IMG/VR virus record: IMGVR_UViG_3300025010_000007
Coordinates: 16,470 to 80,469 of that record
Reading direction: 5' to 3' (one strand)
DNA: 64,000 nucleotides
Source: a virus
Shown piece after piece: positions 1 through 9,832 of this stretch. Every line of letters begins with the position of its first letter. The first letter of the stretch is position 1. A program made the translations under genes and the position numbers. The notes below the pieces were generated by a model. That model saw nothing but the letters and a program-made list of their open reading frames with translations, searched no databases and was not told the DNA's origin.

Positions 1-100
1 GTAGGCGTACGACCGACCGTAGCTGAGGATCAAGGCGAACACACCCGCACTCGAACCGTAGCCCCAGGAGCCACCACGAAAGGGCACCCGCTCTCCGTAG
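1..100 (-). repeat. Probable DGR variable region (VR), partial
   Basis: RGGxWxxxxxAGVFALxLxxxRSxxx scaffold. Codons at the variable positions (TCC, GGC, TAC, AGT, ATC, AGC, TAC, TAC) all end in C/T and can be derived from AAY by changing adenines only. Confidence 0.7.
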
Positions 101-1188
101 TTTCGTATTTGTAAGTTGTCGCCACCATGGGACGCATCAACAGAAGCTAAACCTAAAAGTTTTGCTATATTAGGTACCGTTATACCACCTGCAGCAGTAA
201 GACTTTCAAATAAAACCTGAGAATATCCATAGTCAAATTGACCTCCTGGGATATACATAGGGTTGCTTATTACTGTATTGATCTTAGGATCGCCGCCTAC
301 GTCATGGGATGTAGTAGTCGAATCTCCGGCAGACGTATTGTCATATTTAAGTGTACCTGCAGTGCCAGGAGCAACTAAACTTCCATCTGTTGCAAGTATC
401 GCTTTCCATTCTGCACTGCCCGCCGCTTGATCTTTAGTGTTATCAGCAGCATTATTATCGGCAAGGATCTGGATTTCACCGTTAAGACGAAGGCCACCGA
501 CCCACTCGGACACATTTCCGTTTAAGTCATAGATGCCGAAAGGACTTCCATCATGGCTCCACGCTACTGGACCGCTGCCGGTTGCTACCCTACCTGTCTT
601 GTTGACTCCGGTGTCTTTATGTGACGGTATGCCTTTTTCTGTTGCAACAGCGGCATCATATCCATAGTTGTTGTTACCGCGTGGCATAAATCCGTTTTTC
701 TTGCACCAAAGTGCAACGGCTGCCCACTCCGCGTTGGTCACGAGATGCCAACCTACACCTTTTAACTTGCAATTTGTTAGCGCAGAATCAATTGTCAATG
801 AGTTTGCCGGGTCTTGATATTTCAGTGATAGTGCCCTTGCTGCAGCTCCGCTGCCAACAACGATGTTTTGGTATTTTGACACATAAATAAATGGTTTAAT
901 CACACCATTTAAGATGAATGCCGAATGGGGATATTGTCCGCCACCGGTAAGGACATCTGCTTCATTGAAGCAAGGAACGACCACCATAACGGAAGGATTG
1001 CCCTGGTCATCAAATATTACAGTATTCCGACCAAAGCTGGCATCCTGTACCCGCTCACGCCAGGACCGCTGTTCTGCGGCATCGGTAATAACTCCGCTAC
1101 GCTGGAATCGCTCAGTAAGCGAGATTTCAATTTCGTTAATATCCCTAAGAAGTTGCCCCTGGGTATATGGACCACTAATGTATTGCAT
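1..1188 (-). CDS. FGE-sulfatase/C-type lectin fold tail adhesin (Mtd-like), probable DGR target; 3' end runs off the window
   Basis: Absent from the ORF track because it has no stop in the window. ATG at 1188 abuts the upstream stop. Open frame MQYISGPYTQ...WHLVTNAEWAAVALW...GIYDLNGNVSEWV...FRGGSWGYGSSAGVFALILSYGRSYAY. Lies after the baseplate genes. Confidence 0.85.
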   Translation of the reverse strand, partial: MQYISGPYTQGQLLRDINEIEISLTERFQRSGVITDAAEQRSWRERVQDASFGRNTVIFDDQGNPSVMVVVPCFNEADVLTGGGQYPHSAFILNGVIKPFIYVSKYQNIVVGSGAAARALSLKYQDPANSLTIDSALTNCKLKGVGWHLVTNAEWAAVALWCKKNGFMPRGNNNYGYDAAVATEKGIPSHKDTGVNKTGRVATGSGPVAWSHDGSPFGIYDLNGNVSEWVGGLRLNGEIQILADNNAADNTKDQAAGSAEWKAILATDGSLVAPGTAGTLKYDNTSAGDSTTTSHDVGGDPKINTVISNPMYIPGGQFDYGYSQVLFESLTAAGGITVPNIAKLLGLASVDASHGGDNLQIRNYGERVPFRGGSWGYGSSAGVFALILSYGRSYAY

Positions 1189-1407
1189 CTATTGTAACCC
1201 TCCCTCTGCTGCCACTGGCATTTCTGATATAGGGAATAATTCAATATTATTTCTACGTAAATCAGCTTCGTAGGTTGATAGATATGTTGATGCAGAAGTT
1301 TTATTGCCTTTGACAGAGGTTTCCCCCACTAGGTCAACGCCTTCATCCATGAAGTCAACTTTTATCGTGGTTGTACCGTCATCATTTTCGATAAATTCAT
1401 GCATCAT
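1189..1407 (-). CDS. Small tail-associated hypothetical protein
   Basis: 72 aa, translationally coupled to both neighbours. Confidence 0.7.
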   Translation of the reverse strand: MMHEFIENDDGTTTIKVDFMDEGVDLVGETSVKGNKTSASTYLSTYEADLRRNNIELFPISEMPVAAEGGLQ

Positions 1408-2045
1408 GCTTCCATCACCGCCACATTAATATTTACACCTTCTGATATGACGTAGATCGGCACCATAATTGTAGGGTCGAATTTAAATGTTATCACGGTC
1501 CCAGACTCAACAGGGAAACCAGTTTGCTGAGTAACGCTAGACGGGCCAATCCGGAAGCGAAGCACGGGATCTTCGTTTTTAATAATCATCATACGCCTAC
1601 CTGTTTTTGCCGACGCCGCAGCAAATATTTCTGCCGCGGTAGTCGTTACTGTTTTAGTCCCAACGGACGGAGCTGCAACAATTTCATCTCCCGTGCCGGT
1701 AATAGTTGCACTTACTGACGCGTCTACTTTCAACTTTCCGTCAGAAGTCACTCCGACATCGTTTGAGCCATCTGTTATTTTTGCTTTACCAAGTAGTGCA
1801 GTCCCTGCTGGTAGACTACCAGTTAGCTTGGTAGGGATTGCCTCCGCATCCTGGTTAACAACCTTCACATTCCCGGGGCTTGCAGCCGTCAATAACGGGT
1901 TACCCTGGGCATCATACAGCAGCACTCTGCCAGCGCCGCCTTCACCTTTCCACATTTCAAATCCCGTCTCGTCACTATTTACATATTGGGGCACGGGCAA
2001 ACCTCTGTTGGTTACTAAAATATCCGCATCAATAACAGCCGGCAT
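1404..2045 (-). CDS. Putative tail fibre/adaptor structural protein
   Basis: Start MPAVIDAD at 2045 behind an AG-rich RBS; G/T/A/V-rich beta-type sequence. Confidence 0.65.
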   Translation of the reverse strand: MPAVIDADILVTNRGLPVPQYVNSDETGFEMWKGEGGAGRVLLYDAQGNPLLTAASPGNVKVVNQDAEAIPTKLTGSLPAGTALLGKAKITDGSNDVGVTSDGKLKVDASVSATITGTGDEIVAAPSVGTKTVTTTAAEIFAAASAKTGRRMMIIKNEDPVLRFRIGPSSVTQQTGFPVESGTVITFKFDPTIMVPIYVISEGVNINVAVMEA

Positions 2046-2080
2046 TTTTTTTCTCCCCTTTCTTCTAAAAACCATTTCTC

Positions 2081-2941
2081 CTAGAGTTCGTATAACAAAA
2101 CCTCTGCATCCAGTAGCTTTATACCGTCTAAACCGTAAGTACCGTCGAGAAACCACAAGTCGTGTTCAATTATTACCCTGGAGCTGATATTTTCCGTATT
2201 TTGGTTGCTTGCAGTATAGCCTAAATTTAAGTCATGTTCTTTTTGGATCTCCTTACTACTAAGGTTATACGTACTATCAAGTAAAGCCGCTACAGATTGC
2301 TGTGTAGGCATATAAAAACCCATACATGTTAAAATAGGTTCATTGGCGTAAAGAGACCCACTAAGTAACCAACTACCGTCCAAATACAATATACGCTCAT
2401 TCCAAAAATTGATTGTTGCCCGATAGGTAATAGTAAGTTCTATCTCTTTGGGGTTTGTTGCTAAAAAAGGCATAACCCACACTTTACCAACATGCGCACG
2501 GGTAACTCTTTCAACGAAGGCAGTTATTTGGTCAAAGCCAAAAACATCTGTGTAAGACGGATTAGTTCGGATCCACATCTCACTTAAGTTAAATATGTTT
2601 TCGATAGTCACTTCTATCCCATAAGAGCGCAGTGCATTAATCAGATCCGACTTTGTCATCGGACCGCCGGGTTCTCGCATTATGGCGATAATATTAGCAC
2701 GACGGACATCCAAGGATACAGCCGGATTTATAGGTATACCGTACTCAGTTTCACGAATAGGTATGGTTTCAACGGCTGTAGAGACTCGCATTTCCTGCTT
2801 AACTTGATTAACTAAGGCGTCATACTTATCCAAAACGGTTCCCAGACCTCCAAAAAGCCTTTGGTTCCCCTGACCTTTTAAATCCAGCCACCTGTGCGGG
2901 AAAAAACTCAATAAAAACAATTTAAACCCCAAGGCCATCAC
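2081..2941 (-). CDS. Baseplate wedge/tail protein (XkdU/DUF2313-like)
   Basis: Follows baseplate J; has the WExxYG-like motif (RETEYGIP) and LDG repeats at the C-terminus. Confidence 0.7.
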   Translation of the reverse strand: MMALGFKLFLLSFFPHRWLDLKGQGNQRLFGGLGTVLDKYDALVNQVKQEMRVSTAVETIPIRETEYGIPINPAVSLDVRRANIIAIMREPGGPMTKSDLINALRSYGIEVTIENIFNLSEMWIRTNPSYTDVFGFDQITAFVERVTRAHVGKVWVMPFLATNPKEIELTITYRATINFWNERILYLDGSWLLSGSLYANEPILTCMGFYMPTQQSVAALLDSTYNLSSKEIQKEHDLNLGYTASNQNTENISSRVIIEHDLWFLDGTYGLDGIKLLDAEVLLYEL

Positions 2942-2944
2942 ATC

Positions 2945-4063
2945 CTACGATATTAAAATCGTTCCAGGTAGCGCCATCTCGGTATTATCCAGCACCTGGT
3001 TTGCTGCTGGTGTGGTCATATTAAAGTCAATCAGTACTGGCTTTTTATCAGTGTCAATCAGGTCATAAGCACCGCTCGCTGCAGTAATAAGGTTAACCAC
3101 ACGGATAATTCGGTCAAGGTTTGCCTGTCCGTTAATATATTCCTTCAAAGCAGCTTCTACAATTGGCCTTCCCGTGTCAACTGTGTATCCTTCCCGCCAC
3201 ACACAATCGGTTAAAGTAACATCCACTGCAACCCCCGTTGGTGAAATAACTAACACTCCTCCATCGGCAATATCGGCAGGTATTTTAGTGTCGATATACG
3301 CCTGCACATCATCAACAAGATCCTGGCTTGGTATCCCGTCAGGACCGGAAATCATAATATCAACTGTTCCATTACCACGATTGCGAGGAAAAACTGTAGC
3401 CGATACCACACCATTAACACTTTCAGCCCAGATCTTATAGTCTGATGAGGTTCCCCCGCGCTCCGGGTTGCGCTTACGGGCCAGGATCCTGGCCCGGTAT
3501 GGTTCATCGTCCTCTTTTTCTGTACCAGTCTGCAAAAGAGCCGAATCAGTTACAAAATCAAACCCGGCCTGAGCCACCAGGTTAATGGCACCATCGGGAA
3601 CGTTTCCAATTTCCCCTGTCTGGGTGCATTCAACCTGTACCCCTACTATAAAAGAACTACCGGTAGGGATATATTTACCCTGCCCAACCACTACCCGAAA
3701 CTGAACAGGTGGGTCATTACCAACCGGTGTGGTAGTTAATAAGAAATCATCTGGTACGAGTAGATCAGCAACCACAGGGGCACTTTTATGCAGCGTTACT
3801 GTATGAATGGACTTGGCAGCTAGTTTTCGGTCTACCCCATATTCATAACCCATTTCGTCTAATTTATCTTCTTTTGCTCCTATAGCTGTTAGCTGGTCAT
3901 AAACCATTTTAATTACAACTACCAGTATATAAATAGCTTCTCTTAGTCCTACGATCAGATGTTTAATAACCCATTGATTAGCTAAATCCTGAATGGTTTT
4001 ATTCGACCCAACAATGTCATTAACCAGGGTCTGTGTAATTTCGTCCTTTGTTGGCCATATCAA
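2945..4063 (-). CDS. Baseplate J/gp47-like protein (XkdT)
   Basis: Motifs GEIGNV, GTEKEDDEPYRARIL, GGTSSDYKIWA, RGNGTVDI. Confidence 0.92.
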   Translation of the reverse strand: MIWPTKDEITQTLVNDIVGSNKTIQDLANQWVIKHLIVGLREAIYILVVVIKMVYDQLTAIGAKEDKLDEMGYEYGVDRKLAAKSIHTVTLHKSAPVVADLLVPDDFLLTTTPVGNDPPVQFRVVVGQGKYIPTGSSFIVGVQVECTQTGEIGNVPDGAINLVAQAGFDFVTDSALLQTGTEKEDDEPYRARILARKRNPERGGTSSDYKIWAESVNGVVSATVFPRNRGNGTVDIMISGPDGIPSQDLVDDVQAYIDTKIPADIADGGVLVISPTGVAVDVTLTDCVWREGYTVDTGRPIVEAALKEYINGQANLDRIIRVVNLITAASGAYDLIDTDKKPVLIDFNMTTPAANQVLDNTEMALPGTILIS

Positions 4064-4476
4064 ATATTTTCACCTCCAAGCGATAATTGAAGTTCCTGTA
4101 GCTCAGTCTCGCCTCGGGGAAGGTATTTAACGTAAAGCATTTTGACCTGCTTACCTTCGATTGTGATTAACTGCAGCTGACATTCAAATACCTGCTCTAT
4201 CCACCCTTGCCCTCCACTCTGGGTACCAATAAGCAGCAGGGCTGCTCTAGCCTCAGCCTCTACCATTCTCGCATTCTCCTCGGTATATGGCTTGGTTAGC
4301 AAAGTATACAATGTTGTTCCATAGTTGAGGAAAAACACACTTTCACCCAGGTCGGTTAATAGTCGTAAATAGGCTTGCTGCTTGATATTATCTTCGCTGC
4401 TAACAGTTGATAGGTTGTCCATGTCAAAAACAATATCTCCGTTTAAAATTAAAATATCTGTTCCAGTATTTATCAT
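4060..4476 (-). CDS. Baseplate wedge protein (gp25/gp46/XkdS-like)
   Basis: RLLTDLGESVFFLNYG motif; directly upstream of baseplate J. Confidence 0.75.
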   Translation of the reverse strand: MINTGTDILILNGDIVFDMDNLSTVSSEDNIKQQAYLRLLTDLGESVFFLNYGTTLYTLLTKPYTEENARMVEAEARAALLLIGTQSGGQGWIEQVFECQLQLITIEGKQVKMLYVKYLPRGETELQELQLSLGGENI

Positions 4477-4883
4477 GTTTCAAACTCCGTTAACTTAGGT
4501 TCATCTTCAGCAACTAAGGGACCTTTATCAATGAGCCCCAAGACCACATATTGTTCACTGCCGAGGCTTCCTTGAACTGCGGCTGCCAGAACTTCTTGGC
4601 CTACCTTGTAGGGCCACTGAGGCAGGTGTATTGTATGATCCTCATGCGGGTGAGACGGTCCCGGGGGAACATGCTCAGGGTGCGTAGCATGGGTTTTATG
4701 CCGGCGAAACGGGTAAAAGGTATCCATAAGGCACCTACACCAGCCTGTTTCTGTTTCCCATGGCTGTATTAGAATCTTTAACAACCTGTTATCCTCGTCA
4801 ACGGCAACAATTTCAGCGAAGACAATAGGGGATTGAGGAATTAAATCTTCCATTGTTTTTTGCTGCTCAGTAAATAGTCTCAT
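4473..4883 (-). CDS. Baseplate spike-like OB-fold protein with His-rich insert
   Basis: Synteny after the hub gene; ETGW...VGQEVL...VLG pattern of gpV/gp45. Confidence 0.6.
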   Translation of the reverse strand: MRLFTEQQKTMEDLIPQSPIVFAEIVAVDEDNRLLKILIQPWETETGWCRCLMDTFYPFRRHKTHATHPEHVPPGPSHPHEDHTIHLPQWPYKVGQEVLAAAVQGSLGSEQYVVLGLIDKGPLVAEDEPKLTEFET

Positions 4884-6010
4884 TAACCGAATTGCCCCCC
4901 TTCCTCAAAAGGTAGATTCGTAAAGCTAATTTCTGCCTTTAAACCTTCTTTTGATCCCAATACCACGATTTTAGGTGTAAAGTATACCTGACTCAACCCA
5001 ACCCCCACACCATTTAGACTAATGCGCCGGTCATTTGATAGCTCCGGAAACCAGTCAGTGTCAAATGAACCATATACCTGCTGCCGAGACAAATCCTCCA
5101 GGATACTTCTTGCTTTTCTCTGGCATTGATCCCGGGTAAGATTCGGGTAGTAATACCGTTGGGTGTACTTGTGCCCGGTCGATGAACCTGAAAAGGACGC
5201 CTTTTCTACTATACGCTGCCCTTTGCCTTTCTTTTTACCAGGTATCCAGGATATAACCTCCACTATAAGGTTACGTGCTGCGTTGGGGGCTCTTTCAATA
5301 CAAAAATGCTCATCAATGTTAAAGCCCCAGGTAAAAGAAATCGGGTCAAGGGTATAGCCGGGGAGATTTTCTTGCGGACCAAAATACCATTCCTCGCCCT
5401 TCACCCTTGTTGTAAATCCTTCATTTTGGGCCATATATAAAACAAAATCCCAGTGTGATATTTCACGCTTCGTGTCAACATGGTCTTCCTTTTCGTATCC
5501 ACCTATCAGAGTGGCTGTTTCCACCGGTACCACTGGAGTTAAACCATGAATAGCAGCAATTTGCTTAAACGCAGCTGTAGAAGTCTGGTTTTGCCACTTA
5601 GCTGTCTCCTTATAGTCAAATGGCTTTGCAGCATAAGAGCGACCATGGATAGTTACAATTTCCCCATCGCGCTTAGAGAAATCCCAAGTAGGCCTGTCCA
5701 TCATGCCTTCAATTAACAAAGCAGGATCTCCCTCGCCCTCGAAACCGGCTTCAATTTTAACTGCTGCTGTGCCAAAAACCAGTTCAGAGGATTTTGATGG
5801 ACCACTAAAGAGCAGTTCATCCCGAGGCTGGTTTTCGGTTACCTCCCATGGCAAAGTTACCTGAAAGGCATCAACTGCCCCCAATCCGTTAGCCTCTGCC
5901 TGAAAAGAAATCCAATCTACAACCCGCTTATCATTTATACTTATTATTACTATTGGTTTACCAATAGTACGAAATGGACCTTTACGGTTCACAAAGGGAT
6001 CCTTAAGCAC
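4883..6010 (-). CDS. Baseplate hub protein (gpD/XkdQ-like)
   Basis: Size, synteny, and TIHGRS / SHWDFV motifs. Confidence 0.75.
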   Translation of the reverse strand: MLKDPFVNRKGPFRTIGKPIVIISINDKRVVDWISFQAEANGLGAVDAFQVTLPWEVTENQPRDELLFSGPSKSSELVFGTAAVKIEAGFEGEGDPALLIEGMMDRPTWDFSKRDGEIVTIHGRSYAAKPFDYKETAKWQNQTSTAAFKQIAAIHGLTPVVPVETATLIGGYEKEDHVDTKREISHWDFVLYMAQNEGFTTRVKGEEWYFGPQENLPGYTLDPISFTWGFNIDEHFCIERAPNAARNLIVEVISWIPGKKKGKGQRIVEKASFSGSSTGHKYTQRYYYPNLTRDQCQRKARSILEDLSRQQVYGSFDTDWFPELSNDRRISLNGVGVGLSQVYFTPKIVVLGSKEGLKAEISFTNLPFEEGGQFG

Positions 6011-6590
6011 TATTTATCACCAACTTCATGCCGGGTTGGATTTTATGCGGTCCATTAGCCAGAATGCCCTGATTATCCTGGTATATCTGTTCCCACTTAT
6101 TTGGGTCACCTAAAAGGTTTGCGGCAATTCGGCTTAATGTATCTCCCGACTTTACGATATATTCTTTATTACTTATTGTCGTTGACTCCGCTACCAGTGA
6201 AGTTGCCTTATCTACCGCATCTACCACCTGAGTTTGATTTGAACTGTTATCAACAACCCGGCGTACCGTAATGGAAAAAGGAATTCGCCGGGCAGTCTTG
6301 TAATCCGGTAAGAATTCCTCTATTACTACAGGTATCGTAAATTTCTCAGTAGTAAGCAGCACTGCCTTTCCAGCAGTTCTCATTAGGCCTATGGTCATCA
6401 TGCGTTCATAGGCATCAGTACCAGTAAACGTGCCACTCCAGCTTATAGGTCGGTAAGTCGGGCCAAAGTCCTGTATGCTCATACTGCCGCCCGGAAATTC
6501 CCGGATGGCTAACATCTGCTTGCCGCCTAACTGGATTAAATCGGGCTTTTCAAAATCCCTTAGCTCAACCCCTCCGAGAGAAACTTTCAT
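6003..6590 (-). CDS. LysM-domain tail tube initiator (XkdP-like)
   Basis: C-terminal LysM YIVKSGDTLSRIA...IQPGMKLVI; follows the tape measure gene. Confidence 0.88.
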   Translation of the reverse strand: MKVSLGGVELRDFEKPDLIQLGGKQMLAIREFPGGSMSIQDFGPTYRPISWSGTFTGTDAYERMMTIGLMRTAGKAVLLTTEKFTIPVVIEEFLPDYKTARRIPFSITVRRVVDNSSNQTQVVDAVDKATSLVAESTTISNKEYIVKSGDTLSRIAANLLGDPNKWEQIYQDNQGILANGPHKIQPGMKLVINSA

Positions 6591-6593
6591 CTA

Positions 6594-9500
6594 CTATACC
6601 CCCTGGAAGCTGGTATGCCGCCCTATAGTGAGTCGGGCTTGCTGGGCTTTAAAGCCACTTCTTCTTTCTAATATATCAGCCACGCGTTCGGCAAGTACCC
6701 TAGAATCCTCACCCGGCTGTTGATAAATGTTTATTGTCACATCTCCATGATTATACACTTCCTTCCTGCCCAACACATCTGACAGTCTATGATTAGGTGT
6801 AATTTGACTACCCCGCGGTACATTCATTAACTCAGGCCCTTTTTCACCTACCCAGGCTAAGCCACCAGGGGCAGAATCCGTACCTGCAGCAAATCGAGCT
6901 ATATTGTCATACATACTACCAGCTAATGCCTGACCACCAAACGAGCCCAAACCTGCACCAACTGCTGCACCAATCAGTGCTGTCAAAGGCGATAAAACAC
7001 CAGCGCCGACAAGCGATCCGGTTACAGCACCAGTTAAAGCCCCTACTCCTATGGAACCCAGTGAAGAGCCTAGTTCTTTTGCTAATGCTTGCTTTTTATC
7101 ATTTGCACTAATTATTTCCGATGCAGAAGCAAACAGTGCTAATGGTATAGCTAATCTTGAGAGTGTCTTAGTTATATCACTAAATCCCCGTGCAAGGTTT
7201 TTTGCTTGGTGGGCTATCCTGCGAACCTTATCCGCTTCTTCTATTGTGTTTGTTTTAGCTATTTTCTTCACATAGTCTTTATGAATTTCATGTACGGCTT
7301 TTTCATATCCAGTTCTACTAGATTCAAGCCCTACCGCCGCGTATTCAGCATTGTTAGCGCTATTTTGTATTTTTTCGCTACCGAAAAATCCTTTGACCCC
7401 ACCCCAGGCATTAGACATGAAATTTCCAATACCACCAAAGAAACCTCCTTCAGCGTGCATTGGAATCCCTAGCATCTCTCCAGCCCTTTGCCATAAGGCT
7501 AGTGCTCCACCTCTTCTGCTTAGGGACAGAGGAATAATGACCTCTGGGCCAGCCTCACCTACAAGCCCAAGGTGTGAGCTGGTTATAATGCCACCGGAAG
7601 CGTACTTTGCAAGTGTCGAACCAGTTTCGCCTGACGTAACACTTACACTTCCGCCTATACCTGCACTCCTTTTAATATTTGACCATATCTCTTGCACCGC
7701 ATGGACAGGGGACGTTGCCATGGACTTAATACCATCCACCAACATGCTTATTATATTGGCACCGAGATTATAAAAATCTGTTCCTAAGTTACCAAGAGTA
7801 GACTTCATATCAGTCCATGTATCGGAAAACATATTTTTGATGTCTGTCCAAGCCTTGCCCCATTTACCCGTTAAGATATCGCAACCAATAACAATAATAC
7901 CAGACACAATATCCCATGCAATTTTAATTACTCCCACAATATAATCCCAAGCTAGTTTGGCTGAACTTTTAATGACACTCCAAGCACCTTTTAGAAATGC
8001 AATTGCTGGCTGCACACCGTTTTTGATAAGCGGTCCTACCACTAACCATACATTTGCCATTGCCTGTTTTATAAGAGGCATATTAGTAATAAACCAGGAT
8101 TTAACCGTTGTCCATGCGCTTATCGTAGAACTTCTTACTGCGTTCCATGCTCCCATAATGGAATTCTTAATCTCATTAAATGCGGGCATAATCGCCGACT
8201 TAATAGTGTTCCAGAAACCAACCAATAATGGTCTTATGGTGTCCCAATTCTTGTACACAAGATAGGCAATACCTGCAACAGCAGCAATGGCAAGGACAGC
8301 TCCGCCAGAAAATAAGGCTATTTTACCGAAGGTGATACCAGCAACCGATAAGGCTAATTGTAGGGCTCTAAAAGATGTAACAACTACGGTAATTGCGCCA
8401 CCTATTGCCAAAAAAGCACTAACACCACCCGCAATAGCAAATATATATTTACTCACCTGGGGATGCTTATCAAAATATTTTGTTAGCACCTCCAGTTCAT
8501 CCCTTATAAGATTAAACATTTTCGATGTTCCATCAAGCAAAGGTGTGCCCAGCACGGTCAGAGATGTAACCCATGATTCTTTAGCTGTATCCATTATTTG
8601 GTTAAAATTCTGCATTTGCAAAGACACGCGCTCATTTAAGCTCAACTGATTTATTAAGCCATCTTGAATTTCCTCAAGCGAACCCTCCCCAGTTCGCAGT
8701 AGGGTGTATGCTGTCCTTCCGCCCTGTTCGCCGAACACTTTATGGAACAGTTTAATTAGTTTATCTGTACCCATCCCTTGCTCCGCCAGTTCAAATTGCC
8801 GCCCTATCTCTTTTTCATCGGCAATAATTTTGCCTCCACCGACAGTTTTTCGTAATATTTCCGCAATATCTTTAGCGGCTTTTAGTTGTCCTCGTGGATC
8901 TTTAGCGTAATCAAGGAATATAGACTTACCTGAACTGTCCAGCCAACCGACTTCGGCCATCATCTCTGTTTGTTTTTTTGTTTGCGGTACAAGGCGTTCC
9001 AGGAAGTTGCGTACAAATGTACCAGCGGAAGCACCTTCAGGTGTTTGAGTTCTGGTTAATGCAACCAGCACAGAAGAATCCAACACCTGTTCAGCTTTAC
9101 TCCTATTAAGCCACATTCGCGTAGCTACACCAGCCATATTACCCAGGCCCCGGTTAATATCTTCTGCATTTGCTGAAGAAGCTGCAGCTACTTTTGTTAC
9201 TGTATCAGCAGCTTCAAGCATTTGCTGGCCTGTCAACTGAAAACCAGCTCTAGTTTGAACCATAAGTTCTGCAGCAGATTCTGGAACCATTTTATTTAAC
9301 TGAGCAAATTTTATAGTGGCCTCAGCGGCTCCGTTCATAATATCCTGATACTGAATACCGCCCTTTTGAAGCTCAACAAAAACACGTCCGGCATCAAGAT
9401 TAGAAAATGTTGTTTCAAGACCTAACCTGGTGGTAAGGTTTTGAATGTCATGCATTTTTTGAGTAATTTCATTGGCCTTGGACGGGTCAAAAAGATCTTT

Positions 9501-9779
9501 ACCGAAAGTTAAGGACTTAATTTCAGTCATAACTTCCTGCAGGTCTCCAGCCTTACTCACCGCTTCCTTGGCAGCTGCAGCGGTAGCTAACATTCCTGCT
9601 GTACCAACTGCAGCAAGGGCTCCCCCGGCAAAGCTAATATTTCTTAAACGGTTCATTTGATCTTGAACTTGCTGAGTTGCGCCTTCCAGTAAGCGAAATT
9701 GTGAAATTATATTCCTGACACCGCTACTGATATGATCTGCTAGCGATATACTTATCGCTAAATCTAATATCGAACTCAT
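6594..9779 (-). CDS. Tail tape measure protein
   Basis: About 1060 aa, A/G-rich. TP901-type core, TM segment, W-periodic repeats, VGEAGPE/VGEKGPE motifs. Start MSSILDL after GGAGGTG. Confidence 0.93.
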   Translation of the reverse strand: MSSILDLAISISLADHISSGVRNIISQFRLLEGATQQVQDQMNRLRNISFAGGALAAVGTAGMLATAAAAKEAVSKAGDLQEVMTEIKSLTFGKDLFDPSKANEITQKMHDIQNLTTRLGLETTFSNLDAGRVFVELQKGGIQYQDIMNGAAEATIKFAQLNKMVPESAAELMVQTRAGFQLTGQQMLEAADTVTKVAAASSANAEDINRGLGNMAGVATRMWLNRSKAEQVLDSSVLVALTRTQTPEGASAGTFVRNFLERLVPQTKKQTEMMAEVGWLDSSGKSIFLDYAKDPRGQLKAAKDIAEILRKTVGGGKIIADEKEIGRQFELAEQGMGTDKLIKLFHKVFGEQGGRTAYTLLRTGEGSLEEIQDGLINQLSLNERVSLQMQNFNQIMDTAKESWVTSLTVLGTPLLDGTSKMFNLIRDELEVLTKYFDKHPQVSKYIFAIAGGVSAFLAIGGAITVVVTSFRALQLALSVAGITFGKIALFSGGAVLAIAAVAGIAYLVYKNWDTIRPLLVGFWNTIKSAIMPAFNEIKNSIMGAWNAVRSSTISAWTTVKSWFITNMPLIKQAMANVWLVVGPLIKNGVQPAIAFLKGAWSVIKSSAKLAWDYIVGVIKIAWDIVSGIIVIGCDILTGKWGKAWTDIKNMFSDTWTDMKSTLGNLGTDFYNLGANIISMLVDGIKSMATSPVHAVQEIWSNIKRSAGIGGSVSVTSGETGSTLAKYASGGIITSSHLGLVGEAGPEVIIPLSLSRRGGALALWQRAGEMLGIPMHAEGGFFGGIGNFMSNAWGGVKGFFGSEKIQNSANNAEYAAVGLESSRTGYEKAVHEIHKDYVKKIAKTNTIEEADKVRRIAHQAKNLARGFSDITKTLSRLAIPLALFASASEIISANDKKQALAKELGSSLGSIGVGALTGAVTGSLVGAGVLSPLTALIGAAVGAGLGSFGGQALAGSMYDNIARFAAGTDSAPGGLAWVGEKGPELMNVPRGSQITPNHRLSDVLGRKEVYNHGDVTINIYQQPGEDSRVLAERVADILERRSGFKAQQARLTIGRHTSFQGV

Positions 9780-9832
9780 AAAATCACCTCCCTTACTAAA
9801 ATAAAAGCATCCTATATAGGATGCCATAGCTT

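Noticed and set aside
6780-7620. Duplicated GExGPE motifs in the tape measure protein
   Set aside because: A common C-terminal feature of Bacillota tape measure proteins.
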